DNA from: an uncultured Lentisphaerales bacterium
Lineage (GTDB): Bacteria; Verrucomicrobiota; Lentisphaeria; JABSQK01; UBA12247
Direction: 5' to 3'
Length of the DNA: 64,000 bases
Assembly: GCA_943788985.1 (NCBI GenBank)
Contig: CALSSJ010000022.1
Coordinates: forward strand, 64,001-128,000
The translations under genes were made by a program, and so were the position numbers. Positions 43,029 through 53,232 of the stretch are shown in pieces; the first letter of the stretch is position 1; the number at the start of each line of letters is the position of its first letter. Under the pieces are notes generated by a model. The model was given only the letters and a program-made list of their open reading frames with translations, was not told where the DNA came from and searched no databases.

Positions 43029-44173
43029 AGGTTCTGGTTATCACGAGTTTGTACCCGGACCGGGCCCAGCCGACGCATGGGATTCATAACGCACGGTTGG
43101 TGAGACACTTGGCGCAGACGCATGACGTGCGGCTGATTATTGTTCGGACCCGTCTGCTGGGATGTTCCAAATCAGAATTTTTTCCCTGTAAGGAGGACGA
43201 GGAGTTGCAGCCAGCTGTGGGGCAGGTCCGCTATATTCCCAAGATCGGCTCATTGGTGAATCACCGTCTCTTCGGTCATGACATCGGTCCACTGCTGGCT
43301 GCAACTTTGGACGAATTCTCTCCAGATGTGATTTTGGCACCGTGGCTATTTCCGGACGGTTGTGGTGTGGTTCGTGCATTGGGTAGTGTGGGGGTTCCTG
43401 TTGTGATGGTTGCTCAAGGAACGGATGTGCATCATTACCTGAAGATGCGGCCGCGACGTAAAGCGATTTTGGAAGCGGTGAGGATCGCTGGCGGCACAGC
43501 GACGCGTAGCAAGGACATTGCCGAGCAGTTGGTGGCTGCTGGTGCGCCCGCTGATCGCGTGCGCGCGATTTATAATGGAGTGGATTTGTCGCAGTTTTCG
43601 ATGGAAGGCTGCGCGAGGCGGGACAAAGAGCTGCTATACGTGGGAAATTTTTATGACGTCAAGAATCCACTTCTTGCGATTCGAGCCCTAGCGGTTCTAC
43701 AGTCCAGAGTACCCGATTCAGAGTGGACGCTTACCATGATTGGGGATGGGCCGTTGCAGAGTACGGCTCGGACGCTGGCTGCTGATTTTGAGGTCGCAGA
43801 GCGGGTGGTCTTTGCAGGGAGATTGGGCCCCGAGGCAGTCGCGGCGAAGATGCGAGACGCAGAAATGCTTCTTATTCCCAGTCGAAATGAGGGTATTCCA
43901 AATGTTTTGCGCGAGGCTTTCGCCTGCGGGACGCCCGCGGTGGCAACTCGAGTGGGCGGGATTCCGGAGATTCTCTGTGACGCGCGGCTGGGGGAACTTG
44001 TGCCAACAGATGACGCCGAGGGAATGGCCGACGGGATTGAAAAGGTACTGGGCCGGTGTCTCGATCGCGACTGGATCCGCGCTCATGCGCAACAGTATTC
44101 GTGGGCAGAGACCGTAGAGGCTTATTCATCGCTCTTCGAAGACGCGATTCGAAAGACGCCGACTGTTTCCTGA
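43025..44173 (+). CDS. Family 4 glycosyltransferase
   Basis: MKVLVITSLYP, IYNGVD, YVGNFYDVKN, IGDGP, PSRNEGIPNVLREAFACGTP, VGGIPE. Confidence 0.93.
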   Translation: MKVLVITSLYPDRAQPTHGIHNARLVRHLAQTHDVRLIIVRTRLLGCSKSEFFPCKEDEELQPAVGQVRYIPKIGSLVNHRLFGHDIGPLLAATLDEFSPDVILAPWLFPDGCGVVRALGSVGVPVVMVAQGTDVHHYLKMRPRRKAILEAVRIAGGTATRSKDIAEQLVAAGAPADRVRAIYNGVDLSQFSMEGCARRDKELLYVGNFYDVKNPLLAIRALAVLQSRVPDSEWTLTMIGDGPLQSTARTLAADFEVAERVVFAGRLGPEAVAAKMRDAEMLLIPSRNEGIPNVLREAFACGTPAVATRVGGIPEILCDARLGELVPTDDAEGMADGIEKVLGRCLDRDWIRAHAQQYSWAETVEAYSSLFEDAIRKTPTVS

Positions 44174-44910
44174 TTGCCCTTGGGCCCGCGAATAGGGGAA
44201 AGACAGAGGTCTATGTTTGAGAGACCCAGAGTGGCGGCAAAGTCAACAATCTCGTCGACTACGCGCTGCCGAATGGACTCGTCGCGGACTACGCCGCCTT
44301 TGGCCACCTCTTCACGACGGGCTTCGAATTGCGGCTTGATGAGCAGGAAGAACCACGCATGCTCTGCTGCTAGTTGGACTGCCGCGGGTAGAATCCTTCG
44401 TAAAGAGATAAAGGAGACATCGGCGGTGACGAGATCGACTTGTTGGGGGAGGTCGGAGGCAGTCAAGTGCCGCGCATTGGTTTTCTCCATGCAAACAACT
44501 CTGGGGTCTTCGCGGAGTTTGAGGTGCAGTTGGGCTGTGCCAACGTCTACCGCATAGACTCGGGATGCACCGCGTTGGAGCATCAAGTCGGTAAAGCCGC
44601 CGGTTGAAGCACCGATGTCCAGAGCCACGAGTCCATTCAGCTTTGGGAGATGTGCGTCGAGGGCTGGAAGGAGCTTGTCTGCTCCGCGGCTTACGTACGG
44701 ATAAGGTGCCTTGATGTGAAGTGGTGCGTCCTCAAGGATCATCTCGTTAGCTCCTTGGACCACGTGGTCAGAGCCCACGCGGACCTGTCCGGCGAGAATC
44801 GAGCGTCTTGCCTGCTCTATGGATGGGGAGAGGCCTTTTTGCACCAGGAGTTGGTCGGCGCGGTGCTTCTTATTCACCTCACTTGCCGTAGCGACGTTGT
44901 CGCTTGTCAT
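44122..44910 (-). CDS. tlyA: TlyA family rRNA 2'-O-methyltransferase
   Basis: S4 domain, YVSRGADKL, LDIGASTGGFTD, DVSFISL, IKPQFE, SPIRGPKGNQE. Confidence 0.95.
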   Translation of the reverse strand: MTSDNVATASEVNKKHRADQLLVQKGLSPSIEQARRSILAGQVRVGSDHVVQGANEMILEDAPLHIKAPYPYVSRGADKLLPALDAHLPKLNGLVALDIGASTGGFTDLMLQRGASRVYAVDVGTAQLHLKLREDPRVVCMEKTNARHLTASDLPQQVDLVTADVSFISLRRILPAAVQLAAEHAWFFLLIKPQFEARREEVAKGGVVRDESIRQRVVDEIVDFAATLGLSNIDLCLSPIRGPKGNQETVGVFRIASSKSDE

Positions 44911-45679
44911 ATGATTGCAGAGCCAGCAGTAGATCGCGCCTGGAAAACGCTGGCCACAAGCAATTGCAAAAGTAGTACTCTGCGTAGGCTGCTTGCCAGA
45001 GCAGGAATCCAGAAAGGCGAACTTCGCCGCTGGTGCGAATCAGAAGATCGGGTGGTGGCTGGCCAGCGGTGTAGAGATTTGCTTCGATGTCATCGCAGGA
45101 GAATGAGTCGATCGCATCTATGAACGGAATGCCTTGGGCCAGTTTTTCGCGAAAGTGCTCTCGGCATGAGTCAGCAATTTCCTGGCGGCCTGCGTAGGCG
45201 ATTGCGACGTTGAGGGTGTAACTATCGTAGTCTTGCGTGGCCTCCTCAGCGATCTGAATTGCCTGCTGCAGAGAGTCCGGGAGGGAATGGGTGCGCCCGA
45301 TGAAATTCACCTTCAGCTTCTTCGCGTGAATATCCGGGTCGGTGGCCATCTCGCGAACCTTGGTTTCGATCAACCCAAAGAGGCCACTTACTTCGTCGTC
45401 GCTCCGCCCGAAATTCTCGAGAGAAAAGATCCAAATGGTGATGACCTTGGTATCATACTCAACACACCAGTCGAGGACCTGCCTGATTTTGTCCGCACCG
45501 CGGCGATGGCCATCGACGATGCTGGCGAGGGCGTGCTCGCGGGCAAACCGACGGTTTCCGTCCAGGATGATGCCAATGTGGTTGGGTTTCTTCCAGTGTT
45601 TCGAGCGCTCGTGGAGTCTGCGTTCGTTCTGGGGTTTTCCAGATGATGCAAGAATGTGTTGGAGTGGGTTCCAGACCAT
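44879..45679 (-). CDS. uppS: cis-prenyltransferase (undecaprenyl diphosphate synthase family)
   Basis: HIGIILDGNRR, FSLENFGRS, YAGRQEI, PDLLIRTSGEVRLSGFLLWQ, RRYG. Confidence 0.92.
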   Translation of the reverse strand: MVWNPLQHILASSGKPQNERRLHERSKHWKKPNHIGIILDGNRRFAREHALASIVDGHRRGADKIRQVLDWCVEYDTKVITIWIFSLENFGRSDDEVSGLFGLIETKVREMATDPDIHAKKLKVNFIGRTHSLPDSLQQAIQIAEEATQDYDSYTLNVAIAYAGRQEIADSCREHFREKLAQGIPFIDAIDSFSCDDIEANLYTAGQPPPDLLIRTSGEVRLSGFLLWQAAYAEYYFCNCLWPAFSRRDLLLALQSYDKRQRRYGK

Positions 45680-45705
45680 AACTGTCTGCTGCTTTTGACA
45701 GCAGT

Positions 45706-46824
45706 CTATCCGATGAGTTCGTAGACAGCGTGAGAAAGTGAGAAGCCTTTCAGGTCAATTGCGCCAACTGGGAATGCTTCCATCTGGCCTTCGATGAGTT
45801 CGTGACAGCGCTGGGATAGAAGGATCTGCCCGCCAGCTGCCTTTCCGCAGAGCCGCGCGGCGAGGTTTGTGGGGACGCCGATCGCGGCATAATCGCGCCG
45901 CCCTTCGAATCCGATGGTCCCGAGCGAGGCTTCTCCGGAGGCGAGGCCGATGCCGAGAGCAAGGTCGTATCCCTTTTTGGACCAGTTGGAGCGCAAAAGC
46001 TCGACATGGTCGCGAATCTCGAGTGCCATTTTTGCTGCTTGATAGGCGTGATCGGCCATGGGTTCTGGATCGCCGAGGAATACCATCATTCCATCCCCTG
46101 TGAAGCGCTCGAGGGTGCCGCGGTATTTGAAAATGATGGGGCCGACGAGAGTGTGCAGTTCGCGAATGGTGGCGATTACCTCTTGCGGTGTTGCGAACTC
46201 CGTAAATGATGTGAAGTTGCGCAGGTCTAGGAAGACGATGGTGATCTCGCGGCGGTGTTCCTTGAGGATATCCGGATTTTCGGAGAGTATGCCATCTACG
46301 AGTTGGGGCGAGAAGAACCGGCGCAGCCTGTTTGCCTTTTCCAATTCCTCAACCTGGATCAGAACCCGCTCTTCCAACATGCTGTTAAGGTCGTCCAATT
46401 CCAAGTTTACGCGTCTTAGCTCTGCTTGAGTGTCGTGAATGCGGAGCATGGATCGGACACGTGCTAGCAACTCCATCGGACGATACGGCTTGCTCAGATA
46501 ATCGTCTGCGCCCTCTTCCAGGCCTCGCACGATGTCTTCTGTTTCCGCTTGGGCCGTAACAAGGATGATCGGGATATGAGAAGTGCGCGGGTCTCTTTTG
46601 AGCTTGCCGCAGGCAGTGAGGCCATCCATTCCGGGCATGTCTACATCGAGCAGAATAAGATTGGGCTGGTTCTGTACGGCAAGTGCGATCGCCTCAATTC
46701 CATTATAACCGGCGATTGTGCTGTACCCCTGCACCTTGAGGTGTGCTGAAACCACTGTGACATTTTCGACGCGATCGTCAACAACTAGGATCGTGTGGCT
46801 GGGTTCGTTCAAAGCTTCTCGCAT
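45706..46824 (-). CDS. Response regulator receiver fused to a class III adenylate/guanylate cyclase
   Basis: LVVDD, LLDVDMP, VTA, SKP; then FLDLRNFT, FTGDG, GIGLASG, DYAAIGVPTNLAARL, LKG. Confidence 0.93.
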   Translation of the reverse strand: MREALNEPSHTILVVDDRVENVTVVSAHLKVQGYSTIAGYNGIEAIALAVQNQPNLILLDVDMPGMDGLTACGKLKRDPRTSHIPIILVTAQAETEDIVRGLEEGADDYLSKPYRPMELLARVRSMLRIHDTQAELRRVNLELDDLNSMLEERVLIQVEELEKANRLRRFFSPQLVDGILSENPDILKEHRREITIVFLDLRNFTSFTEFATPQEVIATIRELHTLVGPIIFKYRGTLERFTGDGMMVFLGDPEPMADHAYQAAKMALEIRDHVELLRSNWSKKGYDLALGIGLASGEASLGTIGFEGRRDYAAIGVPTNLAARLCGKAAGGQILLSQRCHELIEGQMEAFPVGAIDLKGFSLSHAVYELIG

Positions 46825-46870
46825 TGCAGTTTTGGGCCACTAGAAAGGTGGAATTTAGCGTTTCCTGAGA

Positions 46871-48005
46871 CTATGACAAGCTGTTGAGAATCAGAGTGTT
46901 GTATTGTTGCGAAATTAGTTTGTGTCTGTGGTGGGAATTATACCTGGCACGCAGACTCCGGCAGTAGGCCAGATGACGTGACCTGTCCTGCGTGCGATGC
47001 CAGAGTTCGCGGAGCCCGATTGCGATCTCATCAGCGCTGTGGCCGACGAGGAGGCTGGGGAAAAGAGACAGTCTGTTTTGCATGGCGCCCACATTCGTTG
47101 AGATGATCGGTCGCGCGGCGGCCATCGCGTCGATTGCCACGAAGGGCCCCGCTTCCTCGCCAGAGGCGATGATGGTAGTGTCACAGTCCCGCAGGAGTTA
47201 CCGTATTTCTCTCTCGGGTACCTGTCCTGTAAACTCGATGGTGTCGGTCAAGTCGTTCTCCAGGCCAATTTTTGCAGTAGCTCATGCTCGGGATCATCGC
47301 CACGATGCGGAGAGCGGCTGGTATGTCTCTTTGGGCCATTCGAAATGCCCGGATGGCAATGGCAAAACGCTTGTTGGCATGGAGGCGGCCGATAATGGCA
47401 AGGCGGAGCGTGTCACCAGAGACCGGAGGCTCGATTTCGAGAAGGGCATCTTCGTGCAGGGTGGTCTGCTCGACAGTGTGCGCGTGCCCCTCATAGGAGA
47501 GGACGGCTGACAGTGCCACTCGATCTTTTTTGGAATGGACGAGGATGTCAGCAAGCTTTGGCATTGCTTAGCAGAACTCTGCGTAGTGGGGCGTAACGTT
47601 GCGCTTCGGTGACTAGGCTGGTGAAATGCGCGGTTGCCGGAATGGACCGGCCTGCAGCAGCATGGATAGCGCTGGCGAAGAAATCGCAGGGCTGACCAAT
47701 CAGCGCGTCCGCTGCAGGTCCGTCCCAGAAGTGCTGTCTGATAGCTCATGGCCTCGGACGCACCCGGCAAGGGTTGCCGCACCCCGCCGCACTGGAGAGG
47801 TCAAAGCAGGTTTGGGAGCGTGACAAGCGCCGCGCTACGGATCTGAAGTGCCCGCACCAGATCGCTGTCTGGTGAGACTTTAGAGCTGCTGAGGAACGTG
47901 ACAGTTGCGGACTGTGCAAGTGCGCCAGCGATCATGCCGATGAGGCATTCCAGTCCGCCGAAGGGGCCGGGGCGAGCGTCGAGAATGATTTTTGCTTTTG
48001 TTCAT
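46871..48005 (-). pseudogene. Decayed family 4 glycosyltransferase
   Basis: Fragments in several frames: KIILDARPGPFGGLE; LAIIGRLHANKRF; EEAGPFVAIDAMAAARPIISTNVGAM. Confidence 0.65.
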
Positions 48006-48085
48006 TTCCCGGTAAACAATGTCTGTTTTTTTTGCAATTTTCGCTGTAACCTAGCAAAATAAGGTAAGATAGCGCAAGAAAACAC

Positions 48086-48114
48086 TTGGACTTGCATCAC
48101 GCTCTAGGTATGTT
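48086..48114 (+). promoter_or_regulatory. Candidate sigma-70 promoter for the mraZ operon
   Basis: TTGGAC-N17-TATGTT in an AT-rich region about 45 bp before the mraZ start. Confidence 0.4.
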
Positions 48115-48159
48115 GAGGAGTGAAATAGTAACATTTCTGATAAATCTAGGTGGATTTAG

Positions 48160-48615
48160 GTGTCGGAGTTGGAAGCTGCAAACCGTCCGGTGTTCGGCGG
48201 CAAGTTTCAGTACGCGTTGGATAAGCAACGTCGTATTCCTCTTCCTGCTGGCTGGCGTCGGGAGTTGGGGGACGCGACTTCGTTGTTGATGGTGCCCCGC
48301 GAGAACATGCAGATCGAGGTAATGACGGAAGAGTTGTTCCACGAACGAATGGTGCCGTTCGCTGCGCGGCTGGGCCTGCGCGAGCGTGCGCGGCTGGGGG
48401 CGCTCATGCATCGTTCGCCGCTCGACAAGCAAGGGCGCATCACGGTCTCTACGCAGCTATTGGAGTTGATCAAGGTTGAGGAGCAGGTGGTGCTGATCGG
48501 ATCTGTGCAGTCGATACTATTAATGAATCCGGCGACCTGGACGATGGCAGACGATTCAATCGAATCGATTATGTTTGGCTATGGGCAATTGGAAGCTGGA
48601 GGGCAGTTTGGATGA
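48160..48615 (+). CDS. mraZ: Transcriptional regulator MraZ
   Basis: FGGKFQYALDKQRRIPLP and LDKQGRI repeats; directly before rsmH. Confidence 0.9.
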   Translation: MSELEAANRPVFGGKFQYALDKQRRIPLPAGWRRELGDATSLLMVPRENMQIEVMTEELFHERMVPFAARLGLRERARLGALMHRSPLDKQGRITVSTQLLELIKVEEQVVLIGSVQSILLMNPATWTMADDSIESIMFGYGQLEAGGQFG

Positions 48616-49568
48616 CAGCCCCGCGCCCACCACATCAGCCAGTGCTCTTAGAAGAAGTGATTGAGTTGCTGGCAGTTCGTCCTGACGGACGCTATATCGA
48701 CGGGACTCTGGGGGCCGGCGGGCACACCGCGGCCATTCTCGAGCGCGAGCCAACGGCGCAAGTACTGGGGATCGATCGCGATGATCGAGCACTCGGCGAG
48801 GCAGTTGGAAGGCTGACGCCATACTCTGACAGGGTCATGTTGCAGCGTGGTGAGTATGTGGAGATGGGCGAAATCGCCGCGGCCATTGGCTGGGATGGTT
48901 GCGATGGGATTCTGCTTGATCTGGGCGTGTCCTCGATGCAGCTAGATGAGGCCGACCGAGGATTTAGTTTTCAGGCAGATGGTCCATTGGACATGCGAAT
49001 GGACCGCCGCCAGCGGATGACTGCGGCAACGCTGGTGAGTACGCTGTCTGCGGATGAGCTGGCTCAGGTGTTTCGCGAGTATGCAGACGAGCCGCAAGCC
49101 TGGCGGATCGCGCAGGCGATCGCTAAGCGCGCAGAGCAGCTGCCATGGGAGCGCACTGGTGAGCTGGCGGCATGCATCCGAGACTCGGTGAATTGGGCGC
49201 AGCCGAAGCGCTGTCCTGCGGTTGTGCGTTGCTTTCAGGCCTTGCGGATCATGGTGAATAACGAGCTAGAGGCGTTGCAGGAGACGATGAGCGATGTGGT
49301 GATTCCGCTGCTTAACCCCGGCGGGCGGCTGGTTGTGATTAGCTTTCACTCGCTCGAGGACAAGATCGTTAAGGATACGCTGCGGGCGGCCGCAGCGACC
49401 TGCATCTGTCCGCCGCGAATGCCGCTCTGTGCCTGCGGGAAGCAGCAGGAGTTGCGCATTCTGACTCGAAAGGTGGTGCGCTCATCAGAAGAAGAACGTG
49501 ACCGAAACCGCCGTGCCTCTTGTGCACGATTGCGGGCAGCTGAGAAGTGTGAATTAAAGGAGGTGTAA
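48612..49568 (+). CDS. rsmH: 16S rRNA m4C1402 methyltransferase
   Basis: HQPVLL, DGTLGAGGH, DLGVSSMQLD, GPLDMRMD, FQALRI, ISFHSLED. Confidence 0.97.
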   Translation: MTAPRPPHQPVLLEEVIELLAVRPDGRYIDGTLGAGGHTAAILEREPTAQVLGIDRDDRALGEAVGRLTPYSDRVMLQRGEYVEMGEIAAAIGWDGCDGILLDLGVSSMQLDEADRGFSFQADGPLDMRMDRRQRMTAATLVSTLSADELAQVFREYADEPQAWRIAQAIAKRAEQLPWERTGELAACIRDSVNWAQPKRCPAVVRCFQALRIMVNNELEALQETMSDVVIPLLNPGGRLVVISFHSLEDKIVKDTLRAAAATCICPPRMPLCACGKQQELRILTRKVVRSSEEERDRNRRASCARLRAAEKCELKEV

Positions 49569-49569
49569 G

Positions 49570-49920
49570 ATGGCTGGTGATGTAGTACGGCGTCCGAACG
49601 GACGCAGGCAACCGAAGAAGCAGGGCGGATTCTGGGGCTATCTGATTGGGTCTGTTCTTTTTGCAGGAGTGTGTTTCTGCGGGCGGATTTATCTGGAGGC
49701 TCAGGCGACGAAGATGAACTCTCAGCGGCAGCAATTGCAACTCACGCTGGAAGATGAGAAGAAGCTGACGGCAAACCTTTCTAATCAGTACTCTGAGATG
49801 TGTATGAAGGAGGATATCACGGTGCGGGCTCGGGAGATTGGGATGATTCCGCCTGATGGGTCGAATGTTCGGGTGTCCTTTTTCTATATTGAGCAGCCGA
49901 CAGTCGCGAATGCAAAGTAA
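49570..49920 (+). CDS. ftsL: FtsL-like cell division protein
   Basis: Single TM then coiled coil ending AREIGMIPP; position between rsmH and the PBP. Confidence 0.7.
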   Translation: MAGDVVRRPNGRRQPKKQGGFWGYLIGSVLFAGVCFCGRIYLEAQATKMNSQRQQLQLTLEDEKKLTANLSNQYSEMCMKEDITVRAREIGMIPPDGSNVRVSFFYIEQPTVANAK

Positions 49921-49937
49921 TGATGTGAGGGCGGGGG

Positions 49938-51755
49938 ATGGCTAAGTCTAAGCCACGACGGTCTGGCGCCGGGGACCGCCGAACGGAAACAAACTGCCGG
50001 GGCGCGATGGTGTTTGCCTGCATGATCTTGGGAGCGTGCGGAGTTTCAGGGTTCGCGTTCCACGTCCAGATTAAGAAGCATTCGACCTATTTGGGACAGG
50101 CGCAGGCTCGCTATATGGGGAAATTGAGCCGGACTGGTCAGCGTGGGCGCATCTACCTGCAGGGTAGTGACACGGCGTTCAATCTCCTAGCGGGAAACCA
50201 GACGACGCAGGATATCTTTGTGCAACCGCACAAGATGCTTCGCAAGACGACCAAAGAAGACATTCGTGACGAGATGGTCGACGGGCTTGCCTACATGCTT
50301 GGTGCGAATGCGCAACGGTTGGACCGCAGGATTCAGGCGGTCCTAGATCGACGGGAGCTGGCCAAGACCAATCGCGAGATAGAGTCGATCGGGCGAATCT
50401 CGGTAATGATCGGCGCGGACGTTGCTCTGGCGCAGCAAGTGAAGGCGATGTCCGAGATGAACGGCTGGGGCGGGATTGTTTTCGAGGAACGGATCAGTCG
50501 CTACTATCCGAAGGGAAAGATGTTGGCGAATACGCTTGGCTTCATCAACGCTGAAGGTGTCGGGCAGCATGGTATCGAGAGGGCATTTCAGGATGAATTA
50601 ATGCCAGCGAGCGACACGCAGTTCTACGAGAAGACCGCCAAAGGGCGCCCCGTGATGCGCGACGCAGTCCCAGACTTGAAGGAGCTCGACGGGGCATCAA
50701 TTTATCTGACGATCGACGAGGCCGTTCAGGCGATTGTGGACGCTGAGCTGGTTGAGCTTGCTGAGAAGTTTGCGCCCAAGCACGCCTACGCGATTATGGT
50801 TGAGCCGAGTAGCGGCGCGATCATGGCGATGTCCCAGCTGCCTGCTTACGATGCGAATGTGCGCAGTGATGCGTCGCTGTTTCCGAATCGCTTGCTTGAA
50901 GATGCCTATGATCCGGGATCTACGATGAAATGCGTATCACTTGCCGGAGCGCTTGATTTCGGCGTAGTGGATTTGGATACACTCGTGGATTGTCACAATG
51001 GCTACTGGGGGGAGTATCGGCTGCGCGACACCCATGATTATGATGAGCTGACTGTGGCTGAGATCATCCAACACTCCAGCAATATCGGAACGGCGCAGGT
51101 TGCGTTTGCAATGGGCACATCTGGTCTTTATCAGACGCTGCGGCGGTTCGGATTTGGCGAGCGCACTGAGCTCTCCAGGCTGTTTGAGCAAACCGGTAAG
51201 CTGCGTCAGCTTCACCGCTGGGATCGATACAGCATTACAAGATTTCCGATGGGGCAGGGGATTTCGGCTACGCCCATGCAGATGGTGCAAGCATACTGCG
51301 GACTTGCCAATAGCGGGGTGATCATGCAGCTGCGCCTGGTGGAGCGCATCGTGGATCCGCGAACGGGCATCACCACCAAGTTTCCACAGCTGGAGAGGCA
51401 GCGCGCGGTGCGTCCGGAGGCTGCGCACAAGATGGTAGAAGCGATGAAGCTTGTGGTTTCCGATGGCACGGCCAAATTGGCGCAAGTGCCTGGTTTCGCC
51501 GTAGCCGGAAAGACCGGCACGGCTCAGAAGTGGGTTAATGGCGCTTATAGTCATTCGCAGTATTATGTGTCGTTTGTTGGTTTCGTTCCTGCGCACAAGC
51601 CAAAGTTTGTACTGCTGGTTGCTGCAGATGAGCCGACCAAGCGCAGTTATTATGGCGGCACAGTTTGCGGGCCGACCTTCAGCAGAATTGCGCAACGGTG
51701 CCTCGACTACCTGAACGTGGCCCCCACTGTAGCCGAGATAGCAGACGAGCCATAA
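49938..51755 (+). CDS. ftsI: Class B penicillin-binding protein (FtsI/PBP3-like)
   Basis: RGRIY, RYYPKG, GIE, LTID, PGSTMK (SxxK), SSN, GKTGTAQK. Confidence 0.92.
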   Translation: MAKSKPRRSGAGDRRTETNCRGAMVFACMILGACGVSGFAFHVQIKKHSTYLGQAQARYMGKLSRTGQRGRIYLQGSDTAFNLLAGNQTTQDIFVQPHKMLRKTTKEDIRDEMVDGLAYMLGANAQRLDRRIQAVLDRRELAKTNREIESIGRISVMIGADVALAQQVKAMSEMNGWGGIVFEERISRYYPKGKMLANTLGFINAEGVGQHGIERAFQDELMPASDTQFYEKTAKGRPVMRDAVPDLKELDGASIYLTIDEAVQAIVDAELVELAEKFAPKHAYAIMVEPSSGAIMAMSQLPAYDANVRSDASLFPNRLLEDAYDPGSTMKCVSLAGALDFGVVDLDTLVDCHNGYWGEYRLRDTHDYDELTVAEIIQHSSNIGTAQVAFAMGTSGLYQTLRRFGFGERTELSRLFEQTGKLRQLHRWDRYSITRFPMGQGISATPMQMVQAYCGLANSGVIMQLRLVERIVDPRTGITTKFPQLERQRAVRPEAAHKMVEAMKLVVSDGTAKLAQVPGFAVAGKTGTAQKWVNGAYSHSQYYVSFVGFVPAHKPKFVLLVAADEPTKRSYYGGTVCGPTFSRIAQRCLDYLNVAPTVAEIADEP

Positions 51756-51782
51756 GCGCATGCTATTCGTTGCGAGAATCGC

Positions 51783-53102
51783 ATGGAATTAGTGTGGCGA
51801 GTGAGCCCAGCTGTCGGGGTCGTGATAGCGATGCAACAATCTAATGACAAGCCAGCATGGCGATTGCCGGCCATCGCTGGCCTCATTTTGGCCCTGGCAG
51901 CAAGCGCCGCGGGCGTCGAAGTAGTGCGTGGCCCCTACCTGCAAAGCCTGCACAGCGCAGGAGTGACAATCTGCGCGCGGGTTCGCGAACCCGCACCGTT
52001 GATTGTGACAATCTGGAGGGGGGACGAGCTGATGCGCCAGATTAGTTCTCGCTCTGCATTGGACCATACTTTCACTGTGGACGGGCTAGTGCCCGATACG
52101 ACCTACCAGTATTGCCTGCAGTTTGGGGACGCAAGGCGGGAGTATGTGAACTTCCGGACAGCGCCCGCGAAGGGTGCCGCCGCTAGAATCTGGGTTATGG
52201 GCGACGGCGGTACGTCCTTAGTTGATGCGCGGGCCGTGAGAGATGCCTACGAGCGCCGGAAGCTCGACCCAACGCTGATCCTGATGCTCGGCAACAACGC
52301 CTATCCAGATGGCACAGACGGACAATTTCAACAGAGTGTGTTCGACCACTTTGCTCCCCGCCTGGCGGAGACCCCATTCTACTCAACCCGTGGAAATCAT
52401 GCCCGCCACGCTGATGTCTACTATCAGATTCACGTGAATCCGAAATCCGGGGAAGCAGGTGGAGTCGCGTCTGAGTCGGAAGCCTACTACAGCGCAGATC
52501 ATGGGCCAGTGCACCTTGTCTGTCTGGATTCCTCTGGTACTCGCCTTGAGACGGATGGGAAGATGATGGCCTGGTTGCGCCGAGATTTGGCGGCCGCCCA
52601 GTCACCTTGGGTGATCGCGTTCTGTCATCACCCACCGTACTCTGGAGGCAGCCATGGCTCAGATAACTGCGCGGATAGTGGAGGGCGCCTATGTCAGCTT
52701 CGCGAGAGATTTATCCCCGTCTTGGAGGAGTTCGGCGTGGATCTGATGCTCACGGGACATAGCCATGCCTATGAGAGGACAGGCTTGATTCACGGTCATT
52801 ATGGGCCATCTCGGACGTTTGCCCCGGAGCTTCATGTCGTCGGTGAAGGTGCGCCCGGCAAGAACGGTGTTCGCTATCGAAAAGCACCTGGACGTGCCGC
52901 TGGGACGGTCTACGTGGTAGTCGGGAGCAGTGGTAAGCTGATCCCTATCGGCAAGCCCCATCCCGCCATGGCTGTTTCGATTTCCGACATGGGGAGCATG
53001 CACTTAGACGTCAGTGCGACCAAGCTGACGGGCTCTTTCGTCGACAAGAAAGGTCGCGTTCGCGATACGTTCTCGATCACCAAGGCTGCCGTTCGCCAAT
53101 GA
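51783..53102 (+). CDS. Secreted purple-acid-phosphatase-like metallophosphoesterase with an N-terminal FN3-like domain (start may be 51831)
   Basis: RGPYLQ, GLVPDTTYQY, MGDGG, LGNNAY, RGNH, HHPPYS, GHSHAYER. Confidence 0.88.
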   Translation: MELVWRVSPAVGVVIAMQQSNDKPAWRLPAIAGLILALAASAAGVEVVRGPYLQSLHSAGVTICARVREPAPLIVTIWRGDELMRQISSRSALDHTFTVDGLVPDTTYQYCLQFGDARREYVNFRTAPAKGAAARIWVMGDGGTSLVDARAVRDAYERRKLDPTLILMLGNNAYPDGTDGQFQQSVFDHFAPRLAETPFYSTRGNHARHADVYYQIHVNPKSGEAGGVASESEAYYSADHGPVHLVCLDSSGTRLETDGKMMAWLRRDLAAAQSPWVIAFCHHPPYSGGSHGSDNCADSGGRLCQLRERFIPVLEEFGVDLMLTGHSHAYERTGLIHGHYGPSRTFAPELHVVGEGAPGKNGVRYRKAPGRAAGTVYVVVGSSGKLIPIGKPHPAMAVSISDMGSMHLDVSATKLTGSFVDKKGRVRDTFSITKAAVRQ

Positions 53103-53232
53103 CTCACGGCATATTTGCTGAAAGGCTTTTTTCTTTGCAGGTGGTTGCCGCAACGCGCTATGCAACTATTGTTTTCGCTTGATCCACGTGTGAGGACGAA
53201 AAGTCATAGGGACAGTTTATGGAGCAGCTTGC

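Noticed and set aside
44122..44173. Convergent 52-bp overlap of the GT4 gene and tlyA as a regulatory feature
   Set aside because: Short 3' overlaps of convergent genes are common, and nothing else points to a function.
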